Below, piece after piece: positions 1 through 10,722 of a stretch of 64,000 nt of DNA (position 1 is its first letter; the number at the start of each line of letters is the position of its first letter). The DNA comes from an uncultured archaeon (GTDB lineage: Archaea > Thermoplasmatota > Thermoplasmata > Thermoplasmatales > Thermoplasmataceae). The DNA lies in assembly GCA_000965745.1 (NCBI GenBank), contig CP009479.1, positions 1,024,001 through 1,088,000 on the forward strand, read 5' to 3'. The position numbers and the translations under genes are program-made. Under the pieces are notes generated by a model. The model saw only the letters and a program-made list of their open reading frames with translations. It did no database searches and was not told the DNA's origin.

Positions 1-1
1 T

Positions 2-1048
2 GAGGACGGCACTATCCTCAGAGGGGCCGCATATGGCCACAAAGGAAGTGCCTATGGTGAGATCGTTTTTACCACATCAATGACTGGTTACATGGAGTCA
101 TTGACCGATCCCTCATACAGGGGCCAGATCCTGATTTTCGCTTTCCCCACGATTGCAAACTACTCATTCAATCAGGACCAGATGGAATCCGGGGAGATAC
201 AGGTTGAAGCTCTTGTTACAAAGGATGCGCACTCTTTCCTTGGAGCCGGAAAGCCCGGTGAGGAATTCGAGAAATATCTATCAGAATCCGGGGTTCCCGG
301 TATTGATGGAATCGACACCAGATCGCTAGTAAAGAAGATCAGGGAAAAGGGAGTGCTGAAAGCCTGGATCTCAGACAGGCCGGATTTTCCAAAGGACTGG
401 CCGGATCCAATGGAGAGGAACCTGGTCGGTGAAACGAGCACAAGCGATCATTACACTGTTAAGGGGGATGGCGAACTTGACATCCTCTTCATCGATCTTG
501 GCGCCAAGAGGAGCCTCGTGAGAAAGATGGGTGAGATAGCCTCATCACTTGACGTTGTACCATACAATTTTGACCTCTCGAAGATTGACAAGCACTATGA
601 CGCGATCTTTCTTTCAAACGGCCCGGGAGACCCCTCCCACGAATCACTGGGAAGTGTGACCGAGTTTGTGGCCATGAAGGTCGAAGACACTCCAATTTAC
701 GGCGTATGCCTGGGCCATCAGATCATATCAATAGCCCTCGGTGGCAGAACTGAAAAAATGCGTTTTGGCCACAGAGGGTCCAACCATGCTGTTACCGACG
801 GGCAGAGGATCTGGATAACTACCCACAATCACGGCTACGCGGTTAATCAGCAATCGCTCAGCGGAACACCTCTGAAGATCACCCAATGGGATATAAATGA
901 CGGAACGGTTGAAATGGTGGAGCACAGTGAAAAACCAGTTTTCTCTGTTCAGTACCATCCAGAGGCCTCGCCCGGGCCACACGACGCTGAATGGTTTTTT
1001 GACAAAATAAAGGAGAGGACAGTTGAGTATTATGCCAAGAAAGCCTGA
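2..1048 (+). CDS. carA: carbamoyl-phosphate synthase small (glutaminase) subunit, 5' truncated by window edge
   Basis: Frame is open from base 2 (EDGTILRG...GEIVFTTSMTGY). Motifs SNGPGDP, GVCLGHQ, QYHPEASPGP. Adjacent to carB. Confidence 0.97.
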   Translation, partial: EDGTILRGAAYGHKGSAYGEIVFTTSMTGYMESLTDPSYRGQILIFAFPTIANYSFNQDQMESGEIQVEALVTKDAHSFLGAGKPGEEFEKYLSESGVPGIDGIDTRSLVKKIREKGVLKAWISDRPDFPKDWPDPMERNLVGETSTSDHYTVKGDGELDILFIDLGAKRSLVRKMGEIASSLDVVPYNFDLSKIDKHYDAIFLSNGPGDPSHESLGSVTEFVAMKVEDTPIYGVCLGHQIISIALGGRTEKMRFGHRGSNHAVTDGQRIWITTHNHGYAVNQQSLSGTPLKITQWDINDGTVEMVEHSEKPVFSVQYHPEASPGPHDAEWFFDKIKERTVEYYAKKA

Positions 1049-4000
1049 AATCAAAAATGTACTGGTAATAGGCTCCGGCCCCGTAGTTGTAGGCCAGGCA
1101 GCCGAATTTGACTATGCGGGTTCGCAAGCGTGCCTGTCTTTGCGGGAGGAAGGTATCAGGGTGGTACTCCTGAATTCAAATCCTGCTACCATTCAGACTG
1201 ACAGGAGCATTGCCGACAGGATATACATAGAACCCATGACTGCCGATACTATAGAGGCAATCATTGATCAGGAGAATATTGACGCGATCCTGCCTACAAT
1301 GGGGGGCCAGACTGCACTCAACCTCGCCGTGGAACTCGACAGAAGGGGCATTATTAAAGGAAAAAAAGTGCAGTTTCTGGGAACTGACATCAGGTCGATC
1401 AAGACGGCGGAAGACAGGAGGAAGTTCCATGCTCTTGTGAAATCCCTTGGAGAGCCAATTCCCGATTCTGAGGAACTGGACAGGACCAATTTCAGGGACA
1501 GGATAGCCAATCTTCAGTTCTTTCCGGTCATACTCAGGACTTCATTCTCACTTGGCGGCCTTAGTGGATCAATAATAAGTTCAAAGGTTGAGCTTCTAAG
1601 AATAGCTGAGTCCTATTTCTCAGACTACGGGGACGGGACCCTGGAGGTGGAAAAATCCATAGAAGGCCTCAAGGAGCTGGAATATGAAATTGTAAGGGAC
1701 AATGCGGGCAACTGCATTGTAATATGTAATATGGAAAACCTCGATCCTATGGGTGTCCACACAGGAGAAAGCATAGTAGTAACCCCCTCGCAGACTCTCA
1801 GTGATGTTCAATACCATTTCCTCAGGGACTCTGCCATCAAGATAATCGGGGCTATTGGCATAAGGGGGGCCTGCAACATACAGTTTGCGCTTAACCCTGA
1901 GACGGACGAGTATTACGTCGTGGAAGTCAACCCGCGAACTTCCAGGTCGTCCGCTCTGGCATCAAAGGCGAGTGGATACCCAATCGCAAGGATCGCAACG
2001 AAGATTGCGGTCGGGTACAACCTTACCGAGATAAAGAACCCTATAACCAAGGATACCTCGGCAGCATTTGAGCCGTCGCTGGACTATGTTACGGTGAAGA
2101 TTCCGAGATGGCCCTTCGACAAGTTTGCCGTCGAGAGAAGGATTGGTGTCCAGATGAAGTCCATAGGGGAGGTGATGGGCATAGGACGTACCTTTGAGGA
2201 GGCCATGATGAAGGCAATAGCCTCTCTGGACACGCCAGAATCTAGCAGAATCCGTCTCTTCCTTCCGGACGATAAGATCAGGGATCTTCTTACAAAGTCA
2301 ACAGACCTCAGGCTTTACGCAATTTTTGAGGCACTATTCAGGCATTATGAAGTCGAGGAGATTGCCGCACTCTCAAAGTTCGATCCCTACTTCATCAATA
2401 AGATAAACAACGTTGTAAGGGAACTTGAATCCCTGGACATGGGAAGAATCCCTGAAAACCTGAAGGAGTTCAAGAAACTTGGCATATCGGATTCGCAGAT
2501 ATCCGAATTCACCAAAGTCGGTGAAACGAAGATAACCCGCTACAGAATCGATAACGGAATTTTGCCATCCTACAAGGCCATAGACACCTGTTCAGGGGAG
2601 TTCGAGGCTGAAACCCCCTACCTCTACTCAACCTACGAAGATGAGGGGGATTTTGAGAAAACACCCGAAGTCAAAGGAAAGGTAATGGTTATCGGATCAG
2701 GGCCAAACCGTATTTCACAAGGGCTTGAATTCGACTACGGTTCGGTAAAGGCGGTACAGACACTCAGCAAGAAGGGATACACTACAATCATGCTGAACAG
2801 CAACCCTGAGACGGTTTCTACCGATTTTGACGTATCTGATTATCTTTATTTTGAACCGGTCACACTTGAACACGTATCAAACGTCATTGTCAGGGAAAAG
2901 CCTAAGGGGCTCATCATACAGTTCTCCGGGCAGACTGGCCAGAACCTTGCTTCCAAACTGTCAGAACTTTTTGGGGAGAAGATAATCCTCGGAACCAGGC
3001 CGTCAGATATAGATGAGATAGAAAACAGGTCCATATTCGCGGAAAGGCTGAAATCTTTGGGGATAAAACAGCCTGACTTTGTGTCCGTTGCAAACGAGAA
3101 CGAGGTGGAGGGAAAGGTACCGCTTATCAGCCTGCCTGTGATTGTGAGGTCCAGCTTCATCATCGGCGGCAGGGCAATGGATATTGTCTACAGTTATGAG
3201 GACCTGAAAACAAGGGTAAAGGAACTGTTCAGGGAACGCCCGGGATACCCAATTCTTATCAGCAGGTACGTTGAAGGGGCGCAGGAGATTGACGTGGATT
3301 TCGTATCAGATTCTGCAAGGACAGCAATCTCCGGAATCTCACTTCACATAGAAGAGGCGGGAACCCACTCAGGAGACGCAACCATGATAATGGGGCCAGA
3401 CATCATCAGCGATGGGCTCTTCAGGAAGATCAAGGACATTGTTGACCTGTTCGCAACAAATTTCAGCCTGGTGGGCGTATCAAACCTGCAGCTGGCTGTG
3501 CGCGACGACGAAATATTCGTGATTGAGCTCAATGCGAGGTCTTCACGCTCCCTTCCATTCGTGTCAAAGGCTACAGGTACAGACTGGGTGTCCGTGGCGA
3601 TTTCTGCAATGCTTGGCGACAGCATCAGCGAGCCGGACGCCTCACCGAAATCATACTTCGTGAAGATTCCTATATTTCCGTTCAACAGATTTTCAGACCT
3701 GGATATCATACTTGGCCCTGAAATGAAATCAACAGGAGAGGCTATGTCCGAAGCTTCCACAAAAACTGAAGCGCTGATAAAAGCAGCGATGATAATGAAT
3801 CCACGCTTCTCGCTGGATCACCCTGCTCTGGTATCAGTAAACGATAATGACAAGCCCCTTGTGGGAAGCATATGCCACCTGCTCCATGACGCCGGAGTAA
3901 AGATCTATGCAACTCCCGGAACCTCTGAATTCCTGGACGATCTGGGGGTTCCGAACGAGACGGTGTACAGACTGGACGACATCCGGGAGCCAAAAATGAG

Positions 4001-4256
4001 CAGGATGATAAAAGAGGATAAGCTTTCAATGATCCTCAACACGCCAACCATGCATTCAGGCTCAATCAAGGACGGTTTCAGGATAAGGCGTATGGCAGTT
4101 CAGAGGGGAATGCCCATCATTACCAATGTGAGACTCGCAGATGCAGTAGTCAGGTCCGTCGCATCAAAGGAGTCACTTGTCTATCGGGAGATAGGCGAAT
4201 ACGCCATGGGAGAGCAACGAAATGAATATCAGAAAGGCAAAAGAGCAGTTTCCTGA
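1032..4256 (+). CDS. carB: carbamoyl-phosphate synthase large subunit
   Basis: GSGPVVVGQAAEFDYAG, duplicated ATP-grasp halves, C-terminal MGS domain. ATG at 1032 (MPRKPEI) preferred over TTG at 1023. Confidence 0.98.
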   Translation: MPRKPEIKNVLVIGSGPVVVGQAAEFDYAGSQACLSLREEGIRVVLLNSNPATIQTDRSIADRIYIEPMTADTIEAIIDQENIDAILPTMGGQTALNLAVELDRRGIIKGKKVQFLGTDIRSIKTAEDRRKFHALVKSLGEPIPDSEELDRTNFRDRIANLQFFPVILRTSFSLGGLSGSIISSKVELLRIAESYFSDYGDGTLEVEKSIEGLKELEYEIVRDNAGNCIVICNMENLDPMGVHTGESIVVTPSQTLSDVQYHFLRDSAIKIIGAIGIRGACNIQFALNPETDEYYVVEVNPRTSRSSALASKASGYPIARIATKIAVGYNLTEIKNPITKDTSAAFEPSLDYVTVKIPRWPFDKFAVERRIGVQMKSIGEVMGIGRTFEEAMMKAIASLDTPESSRIRLFLPDDKIRDLLTKSTDLRLYAIFEALFRHYEVEEIAALSKFDPYFINKINNVVRELESLDMGRIPENLKEFKKLGISDSQISEFTKVGETKITRYRIDNGILPSYKAIDTCSGEFEAETPYLYSTYEDEGDFEKTPEVKGKVMVIGSGPNRISQGLEFDYGSVKAVQTLSKKGYTTIMLNSNPETVSTDFDVSDYLYFEPVTLEHVSNVIVREKPKGLIIQFSGQTGQNLASKLSELFGEKIILGTRPSDIDEIENRSIFAERLKSLGIKQPDFVSVANENEVEGKVPLISLPVIVRSSFIIGGRAMDIVYSYEDLKTRVKELFRERPGYPILISRYVEGAQEIDVDFVSDSARTAISGISLHIEEAGTHSGDATMIMGPDIISDGLFRKIKDIVDLFATNFSLVGVSNLQLAVRDDEIFVIELNARSSRSLPFVSKATGTDWVSVAISAMLGDSISEPDASPKSYFVKIPIFPFNRFSDLDIILGPEMKSTGEAMSEASTKTEALIKAAMIMNPRFSLDHPALVSVNDNDKPLVGSICHLLHDAGVKIYATPGTSEFLDDLGVPNETVYRLDDIREPKMSRMIKEDKLSMILNTPTMHSGSIKDGFRIRRMAVQRGMPIITNVRLADAVVRSVASKESLVYREIGEYAMGEQRNEYQKGKRAVS

Positions 4257-4920
4257 AGTGTATGGACTCATAAGGAAGCAGAGCCCTCCGCACCATTTTG
4301 AGTTCTCAGACCCGTTCTGGGTCCTCATTACAACAATTATGTCGCACCGCACGAAGGACGAAGTGACCGATCCTGCAGCAAGAAGGCTTCATGACAGGTA
4401 CCATGATTCAGTGGGCCTTGCAAATGCAAGTTATGACGACGTTTATGACGCAATATCAAAGGTAGGTTTCGCCAGGGTGAAGGCTGAGAGGGTGATAGGT
4501 GCAGCAAGAATAATCAATGAAGAATTCAGCGGCAAGGTTCCGGAAAACATCGAGGATATGATGACAATACCTGGGATAGGCAGGAAAACGGCAAATGTTG
4601 TGCTTGCCGACGCCATGAAAATTCCGGCAATTGCCGTAGATACACATGTGCACAGGATAAGCAACAGAATAGGCTGGGCAAACACTAAAAATCCCGAAGG
4701 AACGGAAGAGAGGCTAAGAAAAATAATACCCAGGGGGCAATGGCTGGGGTTTAACCCTGTTCTCGTGGAATTCGGCAAGAAAATCTGCAGGCCAATCGGG
4801 CCAAAATGTGGCGAGTGCCTGATAAACAGCTACTGCGAATACTACTCAAAGAATGTCAAGAACGGCAGAGTGAATAAGTCCGGAAAATCCGGCAAGGCTC
4901 AAGGCCGGCATGAAGCATAA
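4222..4920 (+). CDS. nth: endonuclease III (HhH-GPD DNA glycosylase, 4Fe-4S)
   Basis: IPGIGRKTA HhH motif, AVDTHVHR, C-x6-C-x2-C-x5-C cluster. Confidence 0.95.
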   Translation: MNIRKAKEQFPEVYGLIRKQSPPHHFEFSDPFWVLITTIMSHRTKDEVTDPAARRLHDRYHDSVGLANASYDDVYDAISKVGFARVKAERVIGAARIINEEFSGKVPENIEDMMTIPGIGRKTANVVLADAMKIPAIAVDTHVHRISNRIGWANTKNPEGTEERLRKIIPRGQWLGFNPVLVEFGKKICRPIGPKCGECLINSYCEYYSKNVKNGRVNKSGKSGKAQGRHEA

Positions 4921-4935
4921 AAGAGGATCTCCGGG

Positions 4936-5586
4936 ATGGGGCAGGAAGAGGAAGACCTGAAGGATTACTATTCTTCAAGATCGGGGGAATATGACCGCCT
5001 TTACGAAAAGCCTGACAGACAGGCAGATCTTGCCGGCATGCGGAATGCGCTTATTGAGAAGCTGTCCGGCCGGAGAATTCTGGAAATTGCCTGCGGAACA
5101 GGGTACTGGACTGAGATTCTGGCTGACCACGCAGACTCAATACTTGCCATAGACAGCAGCACTGAGATGATTGAGATTGCCAGGAAAAGGACAGAATCCA
5201 GGGCAAATGTTTCCTTCCTGGTTTCAGACGCCTATTCCATGGATAATGTGGGCGGATCATTCGAGGGTGCCCTCTGCGGTTATTGGATATCGCACGTAAA
5301 AAAGAGGAGGATAAAAAAATTCCTTGATACACTCCATGGGAAACTTGAATCCGGTTCTGTGGTTGTGATGATAGACAACAGGTATGTTGAGAGTGCAACA
5401 CCAATAAGCAGAACGGACGGTGAAGGGAATACGTACCAGATCAGGAAGCTCAAAAATGGGCAGGAGTATGAGATCGTAAAGAACTTTCTAACTGAGGGCG
5501 AATTATTGGAACTAACTTCTGGAACAGCTTATGATAGGAATTTCCTTGAGTTTGAGTACTATTGGGTTTTTCAATATACGATATGA
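4936..5586 (+). CDS. class I SAM-dependent methyltransferase
   Basis: ILEIACGTG motif I, acidic residue after the second beta strand (AIDSS). Confidence 0.9.
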   Translation: MGQEEEDLKDYYSSRSGEYDRLYEKPDRQADLAGMRNALIEKLSGRRILEIACGTGYWTEILADHADSILAIDSSTEMIEIARKRTESRANVSFLVSDAYSMDNVGGSFEGALCGYWISHVKKRRIKKFLDTLHGKLESGSVVVMIDNRYVESATPISRTDGEGNTYQIRKLKNGQEYEIVKNFLTEGELLELTSGTAYDRNFLEFEYYWVFQYTI

Positions 5587-5765
5587 TCATCTTGTCTGAC
5601 AGCCCGCTCAAATGAAGGGCCATATCGAGATGCACAGACCTCGCAGAAGCTTGTGAATTGACAGCGCCTAATACAAAAATAAAATATACCGGTGCTTATT
5701 AAGAAGTTATTGTCTGGTCTGGGAATCAGGCACGGAGAGATAGAAACTTATAAACCATAGAAAGG

Positions 5766-5990
5766 ATGAGTGTTCGAATGGCAGAAGTTAAGCTTAAGAC
5801 AGAAATGGACGTCGACAGAAGTCTGTGCAACTATTGTGGTGCATGCGTTGGAATGTGCCCCACTGATGCAATATTCATGGACGATACAGTAATTGAAATA
5901 CATGAAAACAAATGTATAGAGTGCGGATTTTGCGTAGTTGGTTGCCCCACAGGAGCAATATCTGCGGAGTGGTTCCATGCTACAGTATGA
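5766..5990 (+). CDS. 2x[4Fe-4S] ferredoxin, likely electron donor to the adjacent GGR
   Basis: Two CxxCxxCxxxCP motifs; overlaps the start of the GGR gene. Confidence 0.93.
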   Translation: MSVRMAEVKLKTEMDVDRSLCNYCGACVGMCPTDAIFMDDTVIEIHENKCIECGFCVVGCPTGAISAEWFHATV

Positions 5991-7167
5991 TGTTTTGGTA
6001 GTAGGCGCAGGCCCTGCTGGCAGTTCTGCCGCCAGGTTCGCCGCTAGAAACGGCCTGAAGACCCTTCTCATTGAGAAGAGGCCCGATATCGGCTCTCCGG
6101 TAAGATGCGGGGAAGGAATATCAAAGGCCTGGATGCCAGAGATGGACATAAAGCCCGATCCCCGATGGATCTCGGACGAAGTCAAGGGTGCCAGGATCTA
6201 CGGACCTTCAGAGCACAGGCCCATAACCCTTACTGCAGACAAAGCCGGCAACGAAGTCGGGTTTGTCGTTGAAAGGGACAAATTCGACAAGCACATGGCT
6301 GCACTGGCAGCTGCCGAAGGCGCAGACGTCTGGGTAAAATCACCAGCTATGTCTGTTATCAAGGAAGGAGGCAAGGTTGTAGGTGCCCACGTAAGGCACA
6401 ACGGATTCATGGAAGAGGTCAGGGCAAAGATGGTAATTGCAGCCGACGGTTTTGAAAGTGAATTCGCAAGATGGGCAGGCCTGAAGTCGGTCATACTCGC
6501 AAAGAATGATATTATTTCAGCCGCACAGTACAGGATGATTGGTGTTGATTCAGATGCTGATTACACGGATTTCTATCTGGGGTCAGTTGCACCTTCAGGA
6601 TATATCTGGGTTTTCCCAAAGGGTGATCACGAGGCAAACGTCGGTATAGGATGCTCAATAGACAGGCTTCACGACAGGTTTGACCTCAAGAATTACCTGG
6701 ACAACTGGATCAAGAAGCATCCTGCATATGCAAAGGGAAAGGCTATCCAGTGGGTTACCGGCGGCGTTTCAGTGTCAAAGGTAAGGGACAAATTCACGCT
6801 ACCTGGCCTTCTCCTGGTGGGAGACGCTGCGAGACTGATTGATCCGATCACCGGTGGCGGAATTGCCAACGGCATAATTTCAGGAAAATATGCGGCATCA
6901 GTTGCCAAGAGGGCAATTGACGGGGAAGACTATTCCCAGGAAATGATGACCGAATACGAGAAGATGGTGAAGGAGAAATTCCAGAGGAAGCACCTCAGAA
7001 ACTGGATGGCCAAGGAGAAACTTTCCGGCCTTTCAGATGAGACGCTCGATAAGCTCGTGGATGCGGTATCCGAGTTTGAACTCAATAAGATCTCTGTGGA
7101 AGAGATACTGAAAGCAGTTCAGAGAAAATATCCGGAACTTGTTGAAGAGCTGGAACAACTCATCTGA
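5977..7167 (+). CDS. digeranylgeranylglycerophospholipid (geranylgeranyl) reductase
   Basis: YDVLVVGAGPAG FAD motif, GYIWVFPKG, GDAARLIDPITGGGIANG. ATG at 5977. Confidence 0.93.
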   Translation: MLQYDVLVVGAGPAGSSAARFAARNGLKTLLIEKRPDIGSPVRCGEGISKAWMPEMDIKPDPRWISDEVKGARIYGPSEHRPITLTADKAGNEVGFVVERDKFDKHMAALAAAEGADVWVKSPAMSVIKEGGKVVGAHVRHNGFMEEVRAKMVIAADGFESEFARWAGLKSVILAKNDIISAAQYRMIGVDSDADYTDFYLGSVAPSGYIWVFPKGDHEANVGIGCSIDRLHDRFDLKNYLDNWIKKHPAYAKGKAIQWVTGGVSVSKVRDKFTLPGLLLVGDAARLIDPITGGGIANGIISGKYAASVAKRAIDGEDYSQEMMTEYEKMVKEKFQRKHLRNWMAKEKLSGLSDETLDKLVDAVSEFELNKISVEEILKAVQRKYPELVEELEQLI

Positions 7168-7463
7168 TCCTTTTATTTACCATCTCTATTTTTTCAGATT
7201 ATTCACGTATAAAATGCTGTACCTCGTTCTATGAGTTATGTTGAAGCCTCTTCATTGTGAAAGAAATTTCTCTGCCTTGTTGTAGGAATATCATGATCGG
7301 TTTCAACCGTTTCCTCAGAAAAACCCATTAGCGATTCATGCTATAAACCTGACACAGTGTTATCATAGCTGCTTCTTTCAGACCTGATCGCTTTGTTTTT
7401 GGAATGGTGAAAACCCGGGGGAATCTCCCGCAAGAATGCAATACGATTCGGGTGCGGTACCGT

Positions 7464-8837
7464 TTACTCTACTCCTTCCAGGGCTTCGTCAAGCCCGAAG
7501 TTGCCTGCCCTGAGCTGCTGCTTCATCATCTTCTTGAAACCCCTGTTCCCTTTCATCATCTTGAGGTTGTTCTTCATCATCTTGAACTCCTTCAGCAGAC
7601 CCCTGACTTCAGTCTCTGGCTTTCCCGACCCCTTGGCCACTCTTGCAATCCTTTTCGAATTAATGAGTTCAGGTTTTTCAAGTTCCTCGAACGTCATTGA
7701 GTCCATGATTACACGGTATCTCTGGAGCTTGCTTCCTGCGTTCTCGATATCGTCAGGGTTGATCTTGTTCCCTCCAGGCATTTTTGCCAGCGGGAGCGAG
7801 TCGAAAATCTTCTTCAGCAGGCTCGGCTGTGAGAATTTCTCCCACACATCGTACATGTCCTTGAGGTTGAACTTCCCGGACATGAGCTTGCTCATGGACT
7901 CTTCTGCCTCCTCCTCTGTGATATCGACCTCTTTCACGGTTTCCAGCAAAGTCTCCAGGTCTCCAAGGCCAAGAAGCCTGGAAAGGAACTTCTTCGGGTT
8001 GAAGATCTCAAAATCATCCATGTGCTCCCCTGTCCCAATGAAATAGACGGGGGCTTTGATCTCAGAAACGGCACTCAGTGCACCTCCACCCTTGCCTGTT
8101 CCGTCCATCTTTGTTATTATGACGCCCGTTATTCCTACTGCGTCATCAACAGCTTTTGCCTGTGGTCCTGCCTGCTGCCCTATTGTGGCATCCATGACAA
8201 GCAGAACTTCGTCCGGCTCAACTGCTGCCTTTACCTTTTTGATTTCCTCTATAAGCTCCAGCTCAAGGGAATCCCTGCCACTTGTATCAACGATTTTAAC
8301 CTTAGTCTCTTCAAGCGATTTAAGCCCGTTCTTGCTGATCTTCACCGGGTTCTTTTCTCCCTTCTCACCATAGAACTGTGCGTTTACGGATTTGGCAACC
8401 TGCTCAAGCTGCTCATAGGCTGCCACCCTGTGTACATCAGCAGCGATAAGTCCTGCATTGAGTCCTTTCCGGTTGAAGAATTTGGCAAGTTTTCCTGCAG
8501 AAGTTGTTTTACCCTGCCCGTATAATCCCACAAGCATTATTTTCTGAGGTGTCACCTTTATGCTCGACTCAACGCCCAGAATTTTGAGAAGCTCTTCATA
8601 AATGATCTTTACCAAGTAGTCCTGATCCGCCATGCCTGATGGCGGTTTCTCATCCGCGGCCCTCTGTTCAAGTTTTCTTGTGAGCTCAAGGGTGAGCTTT
8701 ACATTAACATCCGCTTTAAGGAGGGCTCTCTGAAGCTCTTTTGCGACTTCTTTGACTGTTTCTGCATTTATATACGAAGAACTTGAAATTCTTCTTAACG
8801 TATCTCTGAGTGAGTTAGCGAGATTGTCTAAGACCAT
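7464..8837 (-). CDS. srp54: signal recognition particle protein SRP54
   Basis: GLYGQGKTT, DTSGR, TKMDG, Met-rich M domain with RIARVAKGSG. Confidence 0.97.
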   Translation of the reverse strand: MVLDNLANSLRDTLRRISSSSYINAETVKEVAKELQRALLKADVNVKLTLELTRKLEQRAADEKPPSGMADQDYLVKIIYEELLKILGVESSIKVTPQKIMLVGLYGQGKTTSAGKLAKFFNRKGLNAGLIAADVHRVAAYEQLEQVAKSVNAQFYGEKGEKNPVKISKNGLKSLEETKVKIVDTSGRDSLELELIEEIKKVKAAVEPDEVLLVMDATIGQQAGPQAKAVDDAVGITGVIITKMDGTGKGGGALSAVSEIKAPVYFIGTGEHMDDFEIFNPKKFLSRLLGLGDLETLLETVKEVDITEEEAEESMSKLMSGKFNLKDMYDVWEKFSQPSLLKKIFDSLPLAKMPGGNKINPDDIENAGSKLQRYRVIMDSMTFEELEKPELINSKRIARVAKGSGKPETEVRGLLKEFKMMKNNLKMMKGNRGFKKMMKQQLRAGNFGLDEALEGVE

Positions 8838-8882
8838 TCACATCACCAGTTTTCTATTGTATATAACTGTGTCGAACAACTT

Positions 8883-9749
8883 CTAAACGAGCCTCAGCAC
8901 AAAGGAAATGAGCCACCCGTACTTCTGCTTCATGGTCTTGAAATTCATAGCCGATATTGCCTGATCAAGTTCTGTAAGATCTGAGCTGCTAATCTGGAAG
9001 TTTGCAGCATCAATATTCTGCTTCACATGGTCAATGCTGCCAGCTTTGGGAATCGCGGAAACATTGCTTCTGGAGATGAGCCAGTTAAGTGCGATCTGGG
9101 CCGGTGTCTTATCATGCTTCTTTGCCAGTTCCTGTATGACAGGCATCGCTTTGTTTTTCCGGGTAAAGAATTTACCATGCCCCAGTGGGCTGTATGCTAT
9201 GAGAGTAATTCCATTTTCCTGACAGTATGGGAGCAGGTCTTTCTCATACTCTCTGGCCATTATACTGTATTCTACCTGGTTTGAAACAACTTCATATTTC
9301 TTGAGGGAATTCTGGGCCTTTCTCAGCTGCTCTACGGAAAAATTACTCACCCCTATATGGCGTATCTTTCCATCATCCACAAGTTTCTCCATCGCACTCA
9401 TCGTCTCATCCATGCTCACTTTAGGGTTGGGCCAGTGCAACTGGTAGAGATCAATGTATTTCCTTCCCAGCCTTTCCAGGCTCTGATCACATGCCTTGAT
9501 GATCTTATCATGCCTGAAATGAGTGGGCCATACCTTTGTAGCCAGAAAGATGTCATCATACTCTTTTATGGCTTTTCCAACCATTTGCTCGTTTCTGTAT
9601 GCTTCCGCCGTATCAACAAAATTTGAGCCGCTTTCTATTGATGCCCTGATGGCGTTGATAGAATCTTTTGAATTCGGGTCAAGCTGCCATGTCCCTATGC
9701 CAATGGCAGGCAACTTTTCCCTTGTTTTTCCAACTTCAATGTACTTCAA
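8883..9749 (-). CDS. aldo/keto reductase
   Basis: DTAEAY, DLYQLHWP, IGVSNF, AYSPLG. Confidence 0.93.
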   Translation of the reverse strand: MKYIEVGKTREKLPAIGIGTWQLDPNSKDSINAIRASIESGSNFVDTAEAYRNEQMVGKAIKEYDDIFLATKVWPTHFRHDKIIKACDQSLERLGRKYIDLYQLHWPNPKVSMDETMSAMEKLVDDGKIRHIGVSNFSVEQLRKAQNSLKKYEVVSNQVEYSIMAREYEKDLLPYCQENGITLIAYSPLGHGKFFTRKNKAMPVIQELAKKHDKTPAQIALNWLISRSNVSAIPKAGSIDHVKQNIDAANFQISSSDLTELDQAISAMNFKTMKQKYGWLISFVLRLV

Positions 9750-9859
9750 TATCTAACACTGCTCCCTTTGAAATTATAGATAATCGATCCAGTAGTGGTA
9801 TATTTACCTAACCAATTTTACAAGGATACAGTATGGGTAATCTGCCTCCCTGAAATGAA

Positions 9860-10171
9860 TCAGTATTCTCTCCACCTGTATCCACAGGACTCGCAGGTGT
9901 AAAACTTTGTTTCAGGCTCATCTGCGGACCTCGTCTGTTTAAGCAGATAATAAGCGCCAGAATGTTTGCATTTTGGGCATACGGCGTCTGAGTCGAGGGG
10001 CTCACCACTCTTTTCTTCCGTTATCATTATAGTCTCCTTTGCGACACCCCTGCTGATTATCTGGCCAGTTGTACCGCTTGAAGCATCCTTTTTGACTTCG
10101 TTGCCACAGGAATTGCAGACGTACTTACCCTTAGTTGGGGACATTAATGCACCGCACACAGAACAAAACAT
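9860..10171 (-). CDS. tfs: transcription factor S (TFS)
   Basis: Two Zn ribbons; QTRSADEP acidic hairpin is intact. Confidence 0.93.
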   Translation of the reverse strand: MFCSVCGALMSPTKGKYVCNSCGNEVKKDASSGTTGQIISRGVAKETIMITEEKSGEPLDSDAVCPKCKHSGAYYLLKQTRSADEPETKFYTCESCGYRWREY

Positions 10172-10303
10172 TGAAAGAGCATATTTCTTGAGGATATTTA
10201 AACTTGAGCAGATTGCTTGTTATTCCTTCGGGCTGGCTCTTTCACAAAAGGTTAAAGGACGGGACCCAGTTAAAATTAATATCGCAGCATTGATTTTTGA
10301 TTC

Positions 10304-10717
10304 ATGAAATCCTATGATGAAAACAGGATAAACGAATTCTTGGCGAACTACAGGAATGTTGCTGTTGTCGGAATATCTGACAAGCCTGAAAGAGACAGTT
10401 ATCAGGTTGCCATGTACCTGAAAAATCACGGATACAATGTTATACCGATTAACCCTAAGTTTGACAGGTGGGAAGGGCTTCAGGCATATCCCGATCTAAG
10501 GTCGGTGCCGGAGTCCGTCAAGGTAGAAGTGGTTGACGTATTCAGGAAGCCGGAAGCTGTTGTTGAAGTGGTAAATGAGGCTATTTCCCTGAACCCCAAG
10601 TTGATCTGGATGCAGGAGGATGTTGTGAATGAGGAGGCAGCAGACCTGGCTAAATCGAAGGGAATCTCAGTTGTGATGGACAGGTGCATGATGAAAGAGC
10701 ACAGGAAAATAGAGTGA
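10304..10717 (+). CDS. CoA-binding protein (YccU family)
   Basis: VAVVGISDKPERDSY, VDVFR, VMDRC. Confidence 0.9.
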   Translation: MKSYDENRINEFLANYRNVAVVGISDKPERDSYQVAMYLKNHGYNVIPINPKFDRWEGLQAYPDLRSVPESVKVEVVDVFRKPEAVVEVVNEAISLNPKLIWMQEDVVNEEAADLAKSKGISVVMDRCMMKEHRKIE

Positions 10718-10722
10718 AGAAT

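Noticed and set aside
5583-5640. Hairpin CATCTTG..GCCC/GGGC..CGAGATG followed by ACA (H/ACA-like)
   Set aside because: No k-turn or k-loop in the apical part and the stems are short, so chance is as likely
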